Shown piece by piece: positions 49,092 to 57,481 of a stretch of DNA of 64,000 nucleotides. Position 1 is the first letter of the stretch. Each line of letters begins with the position of its first letter. The notes beneath the pieces are model-generated. The model was not told where the DNA came from. It saw nothing but the letters and a program-made list of their open reading frames with translations, and did not search any database. The position numbers and the translations under genes are program-made. The DNA lies in NCBI GenBank assembly GCA_041736175.1, contig JBGSUI010000218.1, forward strand, positions 28,905-92,904, written 5' to 3'. This DNA comes from Oligoflexales bacterium. GTDB lineage: Bacteria > Bdellovibrionota_B > Oligoflexia > Oligoflexales > CAIYRB01.

Positions 49092-52000
49092 TTATGCTTT
49101 AGTAACCGTAGCTACAAGCTTTTGCCCATCGACTTGCCACTCTTCTGAAGTCGGATCAACTCTCGGTTCTCCAGGATTATTATCCTTATATTCTACCCGG
49201 CCCAACTGGATAACTTCAAGCTCAACAGCCAGAGTTTCGCTCGATATGTAATCTTTATAGATCTCGATAGCTTTTCCGACACCCTGTTCGGTCTCAATCC
49301 TTATTTTGATCCGGTCAGAGACATTGAGTTTAAGCGCTTTTCGGGTCGCCTGGATCTTGCTAATAACCTCTCTCGCAAGACCCTCTTGGCGGAGCTCATC
49401 GGTAAGGGTGGTATCAAGGAGAACCGTCAAATTTTGCTCCGTGGCCACAACCTTACCATCCTTGGGCCCTCGCTCGATGAGTAAGTCTTGATCCTGTACT
49501 TTTACGGAACCTATAAAGACCTCTCCCTTCTCCTCCAACTCTGCGATGACCGCCGCGGCGCGGTCTCCATCTTGATTGATCCCCTCCAGATTAGATCTAA
49601 AAACCGCTAGTTCTTTGCCAAGCTTTGCCCCCAGGGTCTTTAGATTTGGTTTCAGTTTTAGGGATACAAATTTGGATTCCTGGGTTGAAAAGATAATTTC
49701 TTTTACATTTAATTCACTGCAAAGAATCGCCGCCCCTTTCTTGATGATCTGTGCATCAGACTCTTGGCGTGTGATCACAAGAAGAGAGGCCAAAGCCTGA
49801 CGGGTCTTAATCTTTTGTTTTGCTCTTAAGCTACGCCCTAAATTGGCGACTCGGCGCAACAGGTCCATCTCATTTTCTAGGGAGAGATCGACCAATTTCT
49901 GGTCTGCTTTCGGAGCATCGCAGAGATGCACGGAGTTTTCCCCATGAATATCCTCTATTCCTTCAACTAAATTCTTGTAAATCCGGTCTGCCATAAAAGG
50001 TGCAAAAGGCGCAAAGACCTTGGTAAAGGTGCAAAGTACATAATACAAGGATTGATAGGCTTCTTGGGTATCCTGGGACAGATTCTCGATCGCTTTGCCC
50101 TGATTTTGACGCTCCTGATGATCCTCTACGACGAGAGCCACATCGTCTGACCCTTCACCCTCTCCAGGATCGTCGACTTGGCTCGTACCCCAAAATCTTT
50201 TCCGCGAAAGACGAATGTACCAATTGGTCAAATCTTCGATGAAATCCAAAACCTTTGGCACCACATTGTAGAGACGGTAGTGCTCCATTTCATGGTGAAC
50301 CCCCGCAACAAGCGTCTGCAACCTCGAGACAATCCACCGATCTAATTCATTTGAAACCTTAGGGGCGACTCCCAACGCCAAGGATCTCTCTGGTTTCCAC
50401 CCATCCGCCTGGGCATAGGTCGCCAAAAAACTATAGGCATTCCAAAGTGGTAGAATCACTGCTCGGGTCGTATCCCGAACCCCCTGATCCGTAAAACACA
50501 GATCGCCAGCCTTGAGGATAGGGGAGTTGAGCATATAAAGTCGCACGCTGTCGGCTCCCATCTTGTCGAGAAGATCTTCGGGAGGGGTATAGTTTTTGTG
50601 GCGTTTGGACATTTTTCTGCCATCTGCGGCCAAAACTAAGCCGTTGACGACCACATTTTTAAAGGCTGGCGTCCCAAAAAGCGCGGACGACAGGACACTC
50701 AGGGTATAAAACCACCCCCTCGTTTGGTCGAGACCTTCGGCGATAAAATCCGCGGGAAATTTCTGTCTAAAGGTCTCTGGGTTGTTAAAAGGGTAGTGAC
50801 TCTGGGCGTAAGGCATCGAACCAGATTCAAACCAACAGTCCAGAACTTCGGACACTCGTCTCATGGTCCCACCGCACTGGCTACAGGACCACTCCAAGGG
50901 GTCAACTTGGTCGATATGGAGGTCCTTAAGACGAGTCCCGCTTAGCTTGTAAAGGTGCTCGATACTTTCGATCACTTCAATATGCTGGTCACTCTTCGAG
51001 CACAGCCATATGGGCAGGGGAGTTCCCCAGAAGCGATTGCGGCTGATCGCCCAATCTCTTGCGTTTTCTAGCCACTTTCCCATCCGACCTTCTTTAAGGT
51101 GTTCGGGAACCCAATTTATTTTTTGGTTGTTGCTGATAAGGTTGTCTTTAATCTTTTCCACATTCACATACCATGTGGAAACAGCCTTGTAGATAAGCGG
51201 AGTATCGGTCCTCTCACAAAAGGGATAGCTATGGACAAGTTGGTCATGCCTTACCAGATGGCCGTTTTCCTTTAAAAGCCGAATGATGTTTTTATCGGCA
51301 TCCTTAACAAATTGGCCTTGAAACTCTGGTATTTCGGCCTTAAAGCAACCTTCGTCATCCACAGGATCCACCAACCCGATATTGGCTGCCTTGCAGATGC
51401 GAAAGTCATCCTCGCCATAGGCTGGAGCTTGATGAACTATCCCGGTCCCGTCTTCGGTCGAAACATAAGAGTCATTGAGCACTCGGAAAGCGTTTGGTTG
51501 GTCTTTGAAATAGGGAAAGATCGGAAGGTATTCCTTACCCAAAAGATCTTTCCCTTTAAGTTTGGCGACTATTTTAAACGGGACTTCCCCGACTTTTTCT
51601 GATTTTGAGCCACCCTTTTTGTAGAGCGCCTCAACCCTTGCTTCGGCTAAGTAGTAAAACTCGCCAGAGTTTAGATCTTGTATCTTGACGTAATCAATAT
51701 CTGGCCCTAAACACAGTCCTAGATTTGAGATAAGAGTCCAAGGAGTCGTGGTCCAAGCTAAAAGAAAAGCTTCTTCGGTTTTTAGCTTAAACTTTACTGT
51801 GACCGCTGGATCCTGCAAGTCTTTGTAATTTTGATTGGCTTCGAAATTAGAAAGAACCGCGGAGATCCTTGGAGAGTAGGGGACCACCTTAAAGTCTTTG
51901 TAAAGGAGCCCTTTTTTCCAAAGCTGTGAAACAACCCACCACACAGACTCCATAAACTCAGGGTCCATAGTCCGGTATTGTTGGTTCCAGTCCACCCACC

Positions 52001-52415
52001 GACCTAAACGGGTGATGGTTTTTTGCCATTCCTGGGTATAGTGTTGTACCGAGGATTTGCATAGCGCATTAAACTTTTCGACACCTAGTTTTAAAATATC
52101 AGAGCGCCCTTTGATATTTTCCCGCTTCTCGATCTCGTATTCCACGGGTACACCATGGCAATCCCAGCCAAACCGACGCTCAACGTAGAATCCTCTCATC
52201 GTCCAGTATCGAGGAACAGTGTCTTTAATGGTATTGGCCAAAAGATGACCATAATGGGGGAGACCGTTTGCAAAAGGAGGACCGTCATAAAAGGTAAAGT
52301 GAGGAGCTTTGGCCCGCTTTTCGAGGGATTTTTCAAAAACTTGATCCTTAGACCACTCGGCCAATAGATCCTGTTCCATACGCGGTAAATCGATGCTGCC
52401 TTGCTCTACCCTCAT
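49092..52415 (-). CDS. ileS: Isoleucine--tRNA ligase, type 2 (eukaryote/archaea-like)
   Basis: FYDGPPFANGLPHYGH, WTTTPWTL, EGLDQTRGWFY and KMSKR; type-2 C-terminus (EGLAREVI..IQ..RK). AGAGGG RBS before ATG 52415. Confidence 0.96.
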   Translation of the reverse strand: MRVEQGSIDLPRMEQDLLAEWSKDQVFEKSLEKRAKAPHFTFYDGPPFANGLPHYGHLLANTIKDTVPRYWTMRGFYVERRFGWDCHGVPVEYEIEKRENIKGRSDILKLGVEKFNALCKSSVQHYTQEWQKTITRLGRWVDWNQQYRTMDPEFMESVWWVVSQLWKKGLLYKDFKVVPYSPRISAVLSNFEANQNYKDLQDPAVTVKFKLKTEEAFLLAWTTTPWTLISNLGLCLGPDIDYVKIQDLNSGEFYYLAEARVEALYKKGGSKSEKVGEVPFKIVAKLKGKDLLGKEYLPIFPYFKDQPNAFRVLNDSYVSTEDGTGIVHQAPAYGEDDFRICKAANIGLVDPVDDEGCFKAEIPEFQGQFVKDADKNIIRLLKENGHLVRHDQLVHSYPFCERTDTPLIYKAVSTWYVNVEKIKDNLISNNQKINWVPEHLKEGRMGKWLENARDWAISRNRFWGTPLPIWLCSKSDQHIEVIESIEHLYKLSGTRLKDLHIDQVDPLEWSCSQCGGTMRRVSEVLDCWFESGSMPYAQSHYPFNNPETFRQKFPADFIAEGLDQTRGWFYTLSVLSSALFGTPAFKNVVVNGLVLAADGRKMSKRHKNYTPPEDLLDKMGADSVRLYMLNSPILKAGDLCFTDQGVRDTTRAVILPLWNAYSFLATYAQADGWKPERSLALGVAPKVSNELDRWIVSRLQTLVAGVHHEMEHYRLYNVVPKVLDFIEDLTNWYIRLSRKRFWGTSQVDDPGEGEGSDDVALVVEDHQERQNQGKAIENLSQDTQEAYQSLYYVLCTFTKVFAPFAPFMADRIYKNLVEGIEDIHGENSVHLCDAPKADQKLVDLSLENEMDLLRRVANLGRSLRAKQKIKTRQALASLLVITRQESDAQIIKKGAAILCSELNVKEIIFSTQESKFVSLKLKPNLKTLGAKLGKELAVFRSNLEGINQDGDRAAAVIAELEEKGEVFIGSVKVQDQDLLIERGPKDGKVVATEQNLTVLLDTTLTDELRQEGLAREVISKIQATRKALKLNVSDRIKIRIETEQGVGKAIEIYKDYISSETLAVELEVIQLGRVEYKDNNPGEPRVDPTSEEWQVDGQKLVATVTKA

Positions 52416-52526
52416 GATCATCCCTCTAAACCTAAGAGTTCCACCATTTAAAGTCGTGACATTAGACATTTCGAGCTTAAAAGGCAAGCGATCCCACCTG
52501 GAGCCAAGCACTGTAAAGCTAAAACA

Positions 52527-52674
52527 TCATAGCTCTCTGTTCTTGCGGCTCTTCACCTTAGGTGCTATGAGGTAAACCAAGAACAGAGCAGATCTGCGAC
52601 TCCGCAGCCAGCTCTGCTAACGAGTCGCCTACAGGACTAACTCACCAAAATTATTAATCTTACACATAGTCCTG
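52527..52674. other. Cluster of inverted repeats (candidate structured RNA) between ileS and the protease gene
   Basis: Stems 52535-45/52578-88 (11 bp), 52596-602/52622-28 (7 bp) and 52632-39/52667-74 (8 bp), plus crossing pairs TCATAGC/GCTATGA and CAGAGC/GCTCTG. Confidence 0.5.
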
Positions 52675-52687
52675 AGCCGCTCCACTT

Positions 52688-53617
52688 GTGATTTGGAGGC
52701 TATGTAGGATGATATCCAGGATGTTTGAAGGTCTCAGTTTTCTTAGGTCCACTGCGAGCTTTGTGACTGTCTTAAACCTCTGGGCATGCGGGCCAAATCC
52801 AGATCAGGGGTCTGACTTGTCTATCACAGGGGGGCAGCTCTTAGAGTCTAACTCTGGCCCCACCGTCGCCCTGATGAAACACGATGGATTTGACAGATTT
52901 TACACCTTTTGTTCGGGGGTTTTGATCGCCCCCAACAAGGTGTTAACAGCAGCCCACTGTTATCACCGGCAGGTACTCCTTAAAGATTTTCGCATCGCCA
53001 TCTCAACGGCAAAACCCGACGCCGACCCCATTGAAAATCTTTATAAAATCATGAAAGTAAATCAGTATCCTGGATTTAGCCCCGGCGCCATGCTCCGAAG
53101 TAAGGACGGACTCTTGAAACCTTCCCATGCTGGAGATCTCGGAGTTTGGGAACTAGAAAAAGAGGTTCCCCAAGTCCTCCCCGCAGCCCTCGTCGGCCCC
53201 GACGAAGTGAGTCAGTACTTGGTCGATCATCAGCCGGTTTTGGTGATGGGCTTTGGCAAAAGAAACTTTGAGGACTCGGATTTTTGCGCGGCCCAGTTAG
53301 CACAAGCCACGATTCCTTTCTTTAAGTCATCGACCCAAAACGCCTCGGTCATCGATATGGACGGGGGCCGTCCCATCAAGCGAAAGGTTCCCACAAAGGT
53401 GCCGGCAATCTCCGCCCATGAATTCTTTTTGGGGGGGCCTGGTATGCCAGACACTTGCAAAGGGGACTCGGGGGGCCCCGTCTTTATAAAAGACCCAGCT
53501 TCTGCCACCCTTAAAGTCCTTGGGATCACCTCGCGGGGATCCAGTGCCTGCAAGGATGGAGGGCTTTATTCGTTGGTATCTGCCTATTCAGCCTGGATTC
53601 GGTCCTTTATCCATTGA
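52688..53617 (+). CDS. S1 trypsin-like serine protease lipoprotein
   Basis: Lipobox LWAC; CSG...LTAAHC, GDLG and DTCKGDSGGP. The true start may be ATG 52709 or 52721. Confidence 0.92.
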   Translation: MIWRLCRMISRMFEGLSFLRSTASFVTVLNLWACGPNPDQGSDLSITGGQLLESNSGPTVALMKHDGFDRFYTFCSGVLIAPNKVLTAAHCYHRQVLLKDFRIAISTAKPDADPIENLYKIMKVNQYPGFSPGAMLRSKDGLLKPSHAGDLGVWELEKEVPQVLPAALVGPDEVSQYLVDHQPVLVMGFGKRNFEDSDFCAAQLAQATIPFFKSSTQNASVIDMDGGRPIKRKVPTKVPAISAHEFFLGGPGMPDTCKGDSGGPVFIKDPASATLKVLGITSRGSSACKDGGLYSLVSAYSAWIRSFIH

Positions 53618-53670
53618 AACTGCTCTGTCATGGTTTATCAACAATTTTAATTAGTTATGACACATCACAA

Positions 53671-54288
53671 TCAAGAATATTTGAGCCCCTCTAAATGAGC
53701 TTTGATAACGGCTGGGATTTTTTTTGCGTTATTGACCTGCAGTTCTAGGTCCTCGATCAGTAAAAGGCGAGGTTTTCCGTCCTCGTTTAGATCCGACCAG
53801 TGAGCGATTTGATCCCTTCGCTCAGCCAATCGACTTAGGAGATTGATATCAAACTCAAAGTTAGATGACTCTGGCGTTTCTGAAAATTTTTTTGTCTCAC
53901 TACAATATTCCCAGCATTCATCAATCTTTGATTTTGTATAAAGGGATTCCTTTTCGATTCGTTGCTTTAATTTGGACATTAACCACCCACTTATGCCACC
54001 ATCCTGAGTCAAGCCATGAATAATTTCCGTCCACTTTACATTCTTGAATTCATCTTTCAGCTTTTTGGTGACAAAACGAAGTCCACCGCCGTCAAACCTG
54101 TGGACAGCTACTCGGACAATTGTCTTATGAAATAATGTATCGATTGCACTCGCTAGAATGATCATTCCTCCCCGTAATATATCGGAGCTCAGCGAAGTGT
54201 TACTCATGTTTTTTGAGTGCAAAATAAGACTTTCGACTCTGCAGAGATTCCTATCAAATTCCGCGAATATAGAGTTCAGATATTCCAC
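53671..54288 (-). CDS. HEPN domain putative RNase (RiboL-PSP-HEPN-like)
   Basis: N-terminal DILRGGMIILASAIDTLFH helix and catalytic-type RRDQIAH (R-x4/5-H) at 53800-53820; GTG start overlaps the upstream TAG. Confidence 0.75.
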   Translation of the reverse strand: MEYLNSIFAEFDRNLCRVESLILHSKNMSNTSLSSDILRGGMIILASAIDTLFHKTIVRVAVHRFDGGGLRFVTKKLKDEFKNVKWTEIIHGLTQDGGISGWLMSKLKQRIEKESLYTKSKIDECWEYCSETKKFSETPESSNFEFDINLLSRLAERRDQIAHWSDLNEDGKPRLLLIEDLELQVNNAKKIPAVIKAHLEGLKYS

Positions 54289-55373
54289 TAAATACTACCC
54301 AATTGTTTTAAAAGGGATTTGGCAGCTTGCTTATATTGGTGACAAATGGTCTGTTGAGCTGCTACTGACTGTGTAAGTACAACACCCGTCTGGTTTGCGT
54401 TATTTAGTTGGTCTATTGTAAGTTTGAAAGTAGCTGTATTATACCTCTGAGCTAGTTTTCCTAAAGTATTAAAGTCCGGTACTGAGGCGAGTATGACAGA
54501 TTCAGGAGCTAGGAAATCGGGGTTGTTATTGAGCAATTCAAGTTTACAAGTATCTTCTATTTTTTTGATCCAATGTTGAAAACCCTTAGCTGGAGCTCCT
54601 AAGTAAACATTATACTTCGACACGACCAATCCACCGAATACGGGTTTCGTATCAGGCATCTTATAGTCAGCCTCGTTAAAATACTCATTCTCCCTCGCGC
54701 GATCGAGCCACCCAAACCATTTTGGTAGCACACTACTAAGACTTTCTACTGCAAGTTTACTGAATAGATCCGGAAAAACAGGAATCACAACAGCCCTCGA
54801 AGCCAGCACAAGGTTCTGTGATAGTGCAGAAAGACTGGGAGGTAGATCTACTAAAATCACTTCAGCATTGAACTTGTCCGCTGTCAATTGAATAAAGTTA
54901 TAAAAAGCTCCTGGAACATTGACTAAATTAGTAAGCGCATCAGTAAAATTATGTGCCAATGCCAAGGTTGTTTCGAGGCGACCAATGTCCACATCTCCCG
55001 GAATCAATCCAACGGCTTCACTAATGCCACTACATATTTTAGGTTCCATGCCTTTAATTCCAACGGGACGACCATCAAAGACAGGCGAGACGCCGAACTT
55101 TAACGTTGTTCTACTCTCCTGCAGCTCACCAATGATACGATTATTGTCGTCTTGGACCTGGGCTAGATTCAGGTTTTCGACCTCGGATAGTTCAGAGCCG
55201 AAGACTGTGCTATGATTGAGAAGTAGAAAGCTTGTAAGATTGCATTGTGAGTCAGCATCGACGAGAAGGACTCTTTTTCCCAAATCATTAAAGGCCGCGG
55301 CAAGATGTATGCAAGTGGTAGTTTTACCTACGCCACCTTTATGGTTAAATACTGAAATAATAGGAACAGACAT
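54288..55373 (-). CDS. ParA/Soj-family ATPase, long form, with no parB neighbour
   Basis: Deviant Walker A NHKGGVGKTT, LVDADSQCNLT and ILVDLPPSL; C-terminal extension with PDFNTL. Confidence 0.9.
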   Translation of the reverse strand: MSVPIISVFNHKGGVGKTTTCIHLAAAFNDLGKRVLLVDADSQCNLTSFLLLNHSTVFGSELSEVENLNLAQVQDDNNRIIGELQESRTTLKFGVSPVFDGRPVGIKGMEPKICSGISEAVGLIPGDVDIGRLETTLALAHNFTDALTNLVNVPGAFYNFIQLTADKFNAEVILVDLPPSLSALSQNLVLASRAVVIPVFPDLFSKLAVESLSSVLPKWFGWLDRARENEYFNEADYKMPDTKPVFGGLVVSKYNVYLGAPAKGFQHWIKKIEDTCKLELLNNNPDFLAPESVILASVPDFNTLGKLAQRYNTATFKLTIDQLNNANQTGVVLTQSVAAQQTICHQYKQAAKSLLKQLGSI

Positions 55374-55593
55374 TAGGAATAAGACCTATTTTGACATAGC
55401 GAGTTTTGAAAAAGGCACAAATCCAGATTTGCTCTTGTCTCTTTAACGGAACTATCCTGTATTTTCTGTGAGGCTCTTAAACGACCAAAGGAGTGTATCC
55501 TAGTCAATTAAGCCTATCAAGAGGATCAGATTGATAGGAGGTAAGTAAACTCTATTGGTTATGAATGAGATCATTCCTTAGTCTGGCATCAGG

Positions 55594-55617
55594 GCCCATA
55601 AGGGCGGAGTAGTTCAC
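55594..55617 (+). mobile_element. Degenerate IS200/IS605-type right-end relic
   Basis: GCCC-ATAA-GGGCGGAGTAGTTCAC shares the terminal GTAGTTCAC with the copy at 55877-55911. Confidence 0.4.
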
Positions 55618-55747
55618 TTAGGGTCCTGCCGGGTATCACCCAACAAATATGCGTTAATTTTTAGTCATTACATTTGCTTACGATTTATTAAAATGCTAGT
55701 TTAAATTTGCATGTTTTTTTTAAAATGCAACTTTAGGATAAGCCAAT

Positions 55748-56229
55748 ATGCTGGATCGATTGATAAAAATGGATGCTACTGCCCATGAAAGTTTCTTCCT
55801 CTGGGGACCTCGTCAGTCCGGCAAGTCGACGTTGCTTGCAGCCAGATACCCCAATGCTATGGTGATAGACCTCTTGGAAGCCGCACTCCTTTAGGGGTGC
55901 TGGTAGTTCACAATTGGGTTTATCACGAACTTCGCGCCTATACCCGCTACAGTGGCCGTTGGGACGATCTGACCTACTGGCAATTGGCAGGCGGTCGGGA
56001 GGTTGATTTCATCGTCGGTGATCTGCTATTAGCTGTCGAAGCCAAAGGTACCGCGGTCATCCATAGTGATCATTTAAAAGGACTGCGAGAGCTCAGGAGC
56101 GACTATCCCGACGTCAAAGCCACCTGCATCGTCTGCCTTGCATCTACCGAAAGCGTGACCGAGGATGGAATATTGATCCTACCGTATCAAGAATTTGTCA
56201 GTCGCTTGTGGGCGGGGGATCTCTTTTAA
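55748..56229 (+). pseudogene. Internally deleted AAA_14/DUF4143 ATPase
   Basis: 55748-55894 encodes MLDRLI..FFLWGPRQSGKSTLL..IDLLE (Walker A) and stops. In another frame, 55912-56229 encodes the DUF4143 C-terminus NWVYHELRAY..YW...EVDFIV...VEAKG. Walker B and the middle of the protein are missing. Confidence 0.85.
55877..55911 (+). mobile_element. IS200/IS605-family right-end hairpin relic at the deletion junction
   Basis: GAAGCC-GCACTCC-TTTA-GGGGTGC-TGGTAGTTCAC: a subterminal hairpin with TTTA loop ending in TTCAC, the pattern I recognise from tnpB-element right ends. Confidence 0.65.
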
Positions 56230-56249
56230 CCCATTTAGATTGGAACCCT

Positions 56250-56951
56250 ATGTGGATCGATGACTTAATCCTTAAGAGAATGGCCGAGCCGATCGCACAA
56301 TGGTGCTGGGTTCCAGAGGATCCCCATGTGATTTTGGGGGCTAGCAACCGCGCTGATACCGAAATCGATGAGGAGGCTTGTCTCCGAGACAACGTGCCGG
56401 TCCTCAAGCGCTATGGTGGCGGTGGCACCGTTGTTTTACATTCTGGATGCGTGATTGTGAGCGTCGGACTCTGGGTCAAAAGCCCCTATCAAAACCAACT
56501 TTACTTTCAGCTCTTAAACCAAGCCATCATCAAGGGCCTGGCCGCTTGGGACCCCGCATGTGGGGTACTCTCCCAAAATGGCATCAGTGATATTTGCATT
56601 GGATCAAAAAAAATTGCTGGCACTTCGTTATTTAGAAGCAAGCACTACCTTCTTTACCAAGCTTCCATCCTCGTTGATCCTAATCTCCATCTGATCGAGC
56701 GCTATTTAAAACATCCTAGCAAAGAACCTACCTATCGTCTCAATCGGAGTCATAGTGACTTTCTCTCCAGCTTGCATGAATTTTTGGGCAAAACTCCCTC
56801 GTCCAGCGAGATTTCCCAATTTCTTTCCCTCACCTTGAGGACCATTATCGAGGATTTACTCAAGGACCATCTTCTGCCTCCCCAGCCGGATCATTTTGCA
56901 GCTCTCGAAGCGCGGGTTAAGAGAAACAGTGAGTTTCATAATGATCCCTAG
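56250..56951 (+). CDS. Lipoate-protein ligase A family protein (catalytic domain only)
   Basis: VILGASN, KRYGGGGTV, SDIC...KKIAG and YLKHPSKEPTYR; probable start MWIDD. Confidence 0.85.
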   Translation: MWIDDLILKRMAEPIAQWCWVPEDPHVILGASNRADTEIDEEACLRDNVPVLKRYGGGGTVVLHSGCVIVSVGLWVKSPYQNQLYFQLLNQAIIKGLAAWDPACGVLSQNGISDICIGSKKIAGTSLFRSKHYLLYQASILVDPNLHLIERYLKHPSKEPTYRLNRSHSDFLSSLHEFLGKTPSSSEISQFLSLTLRTIIEDLLKDHLLPPQPDHFAALEARVKRNSEFHNDP

Positions 56952-56999
56952 TTTAGAGGAGTCGATGTTTGGGCGATTTTAAGGTGTACGAGGGTTAAT

Positions 57000-57452
57000 T
57001 TACGGCACTTTAATGCACTGAATTTTAGCAGCTTTAATCTCATGGGTCCGTGGATTATAGGGAAAGACTAAACTTATGGACCAACCAGGGGATTTAGGCA
57101 TGGCCTCTTTTTCGCCAAACCACCATCGGCAGGATAGGTCTTGAACCTTGCTTTTATTTTGATCCGCGTCGACTTCGCAATCGAAACCCTGCACCTTAAA
57201 TTCACTTTCCCTATAGCTCCATAAAACATGTTTGACAAACATGTCTCGCACATGGACTGCCCGGTCTATTTCGGTACCGTCCTTTTGGAGGATCGACCCA
57301 TTAAGATCACACTGGGTCAGGTTTTTAGCTACTTTGTGTCCAGCTAATTTTGCCAGAGATTCAAGCACTTTTTCTTTGCTGTATCCATCATGTGGAGTCC
57401 CCCCAAACGCTCCGTGAAAGACCCCACCTAAAATCCACCAAATGATACCCAT
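57000..57452 (-). CDS. Small secreted hypothetical protein (4 Cys)
   Basis: Hydrophobic N-terminus; co-oriented downstream of the collagen gene. Confidence 0.6.
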   Translation of the reverse strand: MGIIWWILGGVFHGAFGGTPHDGYSKEKVLESLAKLAGHKVAKNLTQCDLNGSILQKDGTEIDRAVHVRDMFVKHVLWSYRESEFKVQGFDCEVDADQNKSKVQDLSCRWWFGEKEAMPKSPGWSISLVFPYNPRTHEIKAAKIQCIKVP

Positions 57453-57481
57453 TCTGAAACCGATCCAATTTAAAACATTAG

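Noticed and set aside
52416..52674. tmRNA, RNase P or SRP RNA as the identity of the structured region
   Set aside because: No tRNA-like ends (GGGG...TTCGA..CCACCA in the right arrangement), no GAGGAAAGTCC and no SRP loop motif; kept only as an unassigned structured candidate.
54288..55373. ParA as a chromosome/plasmid partition locus or a sign of a plasmid/prophage
   Set aside because: There is no parB, rep, integrase or phage gene nearby; the flanks are chromosomal genes and the partner is HEPN-like.
55894..55912. Programmed frameshift or readthrough joining the two ATPase fragments
   Set aside because: Even if joined, the product would be about 155 aa and lack Walker B and the central domain; deletion plus an IS scar explains it better.
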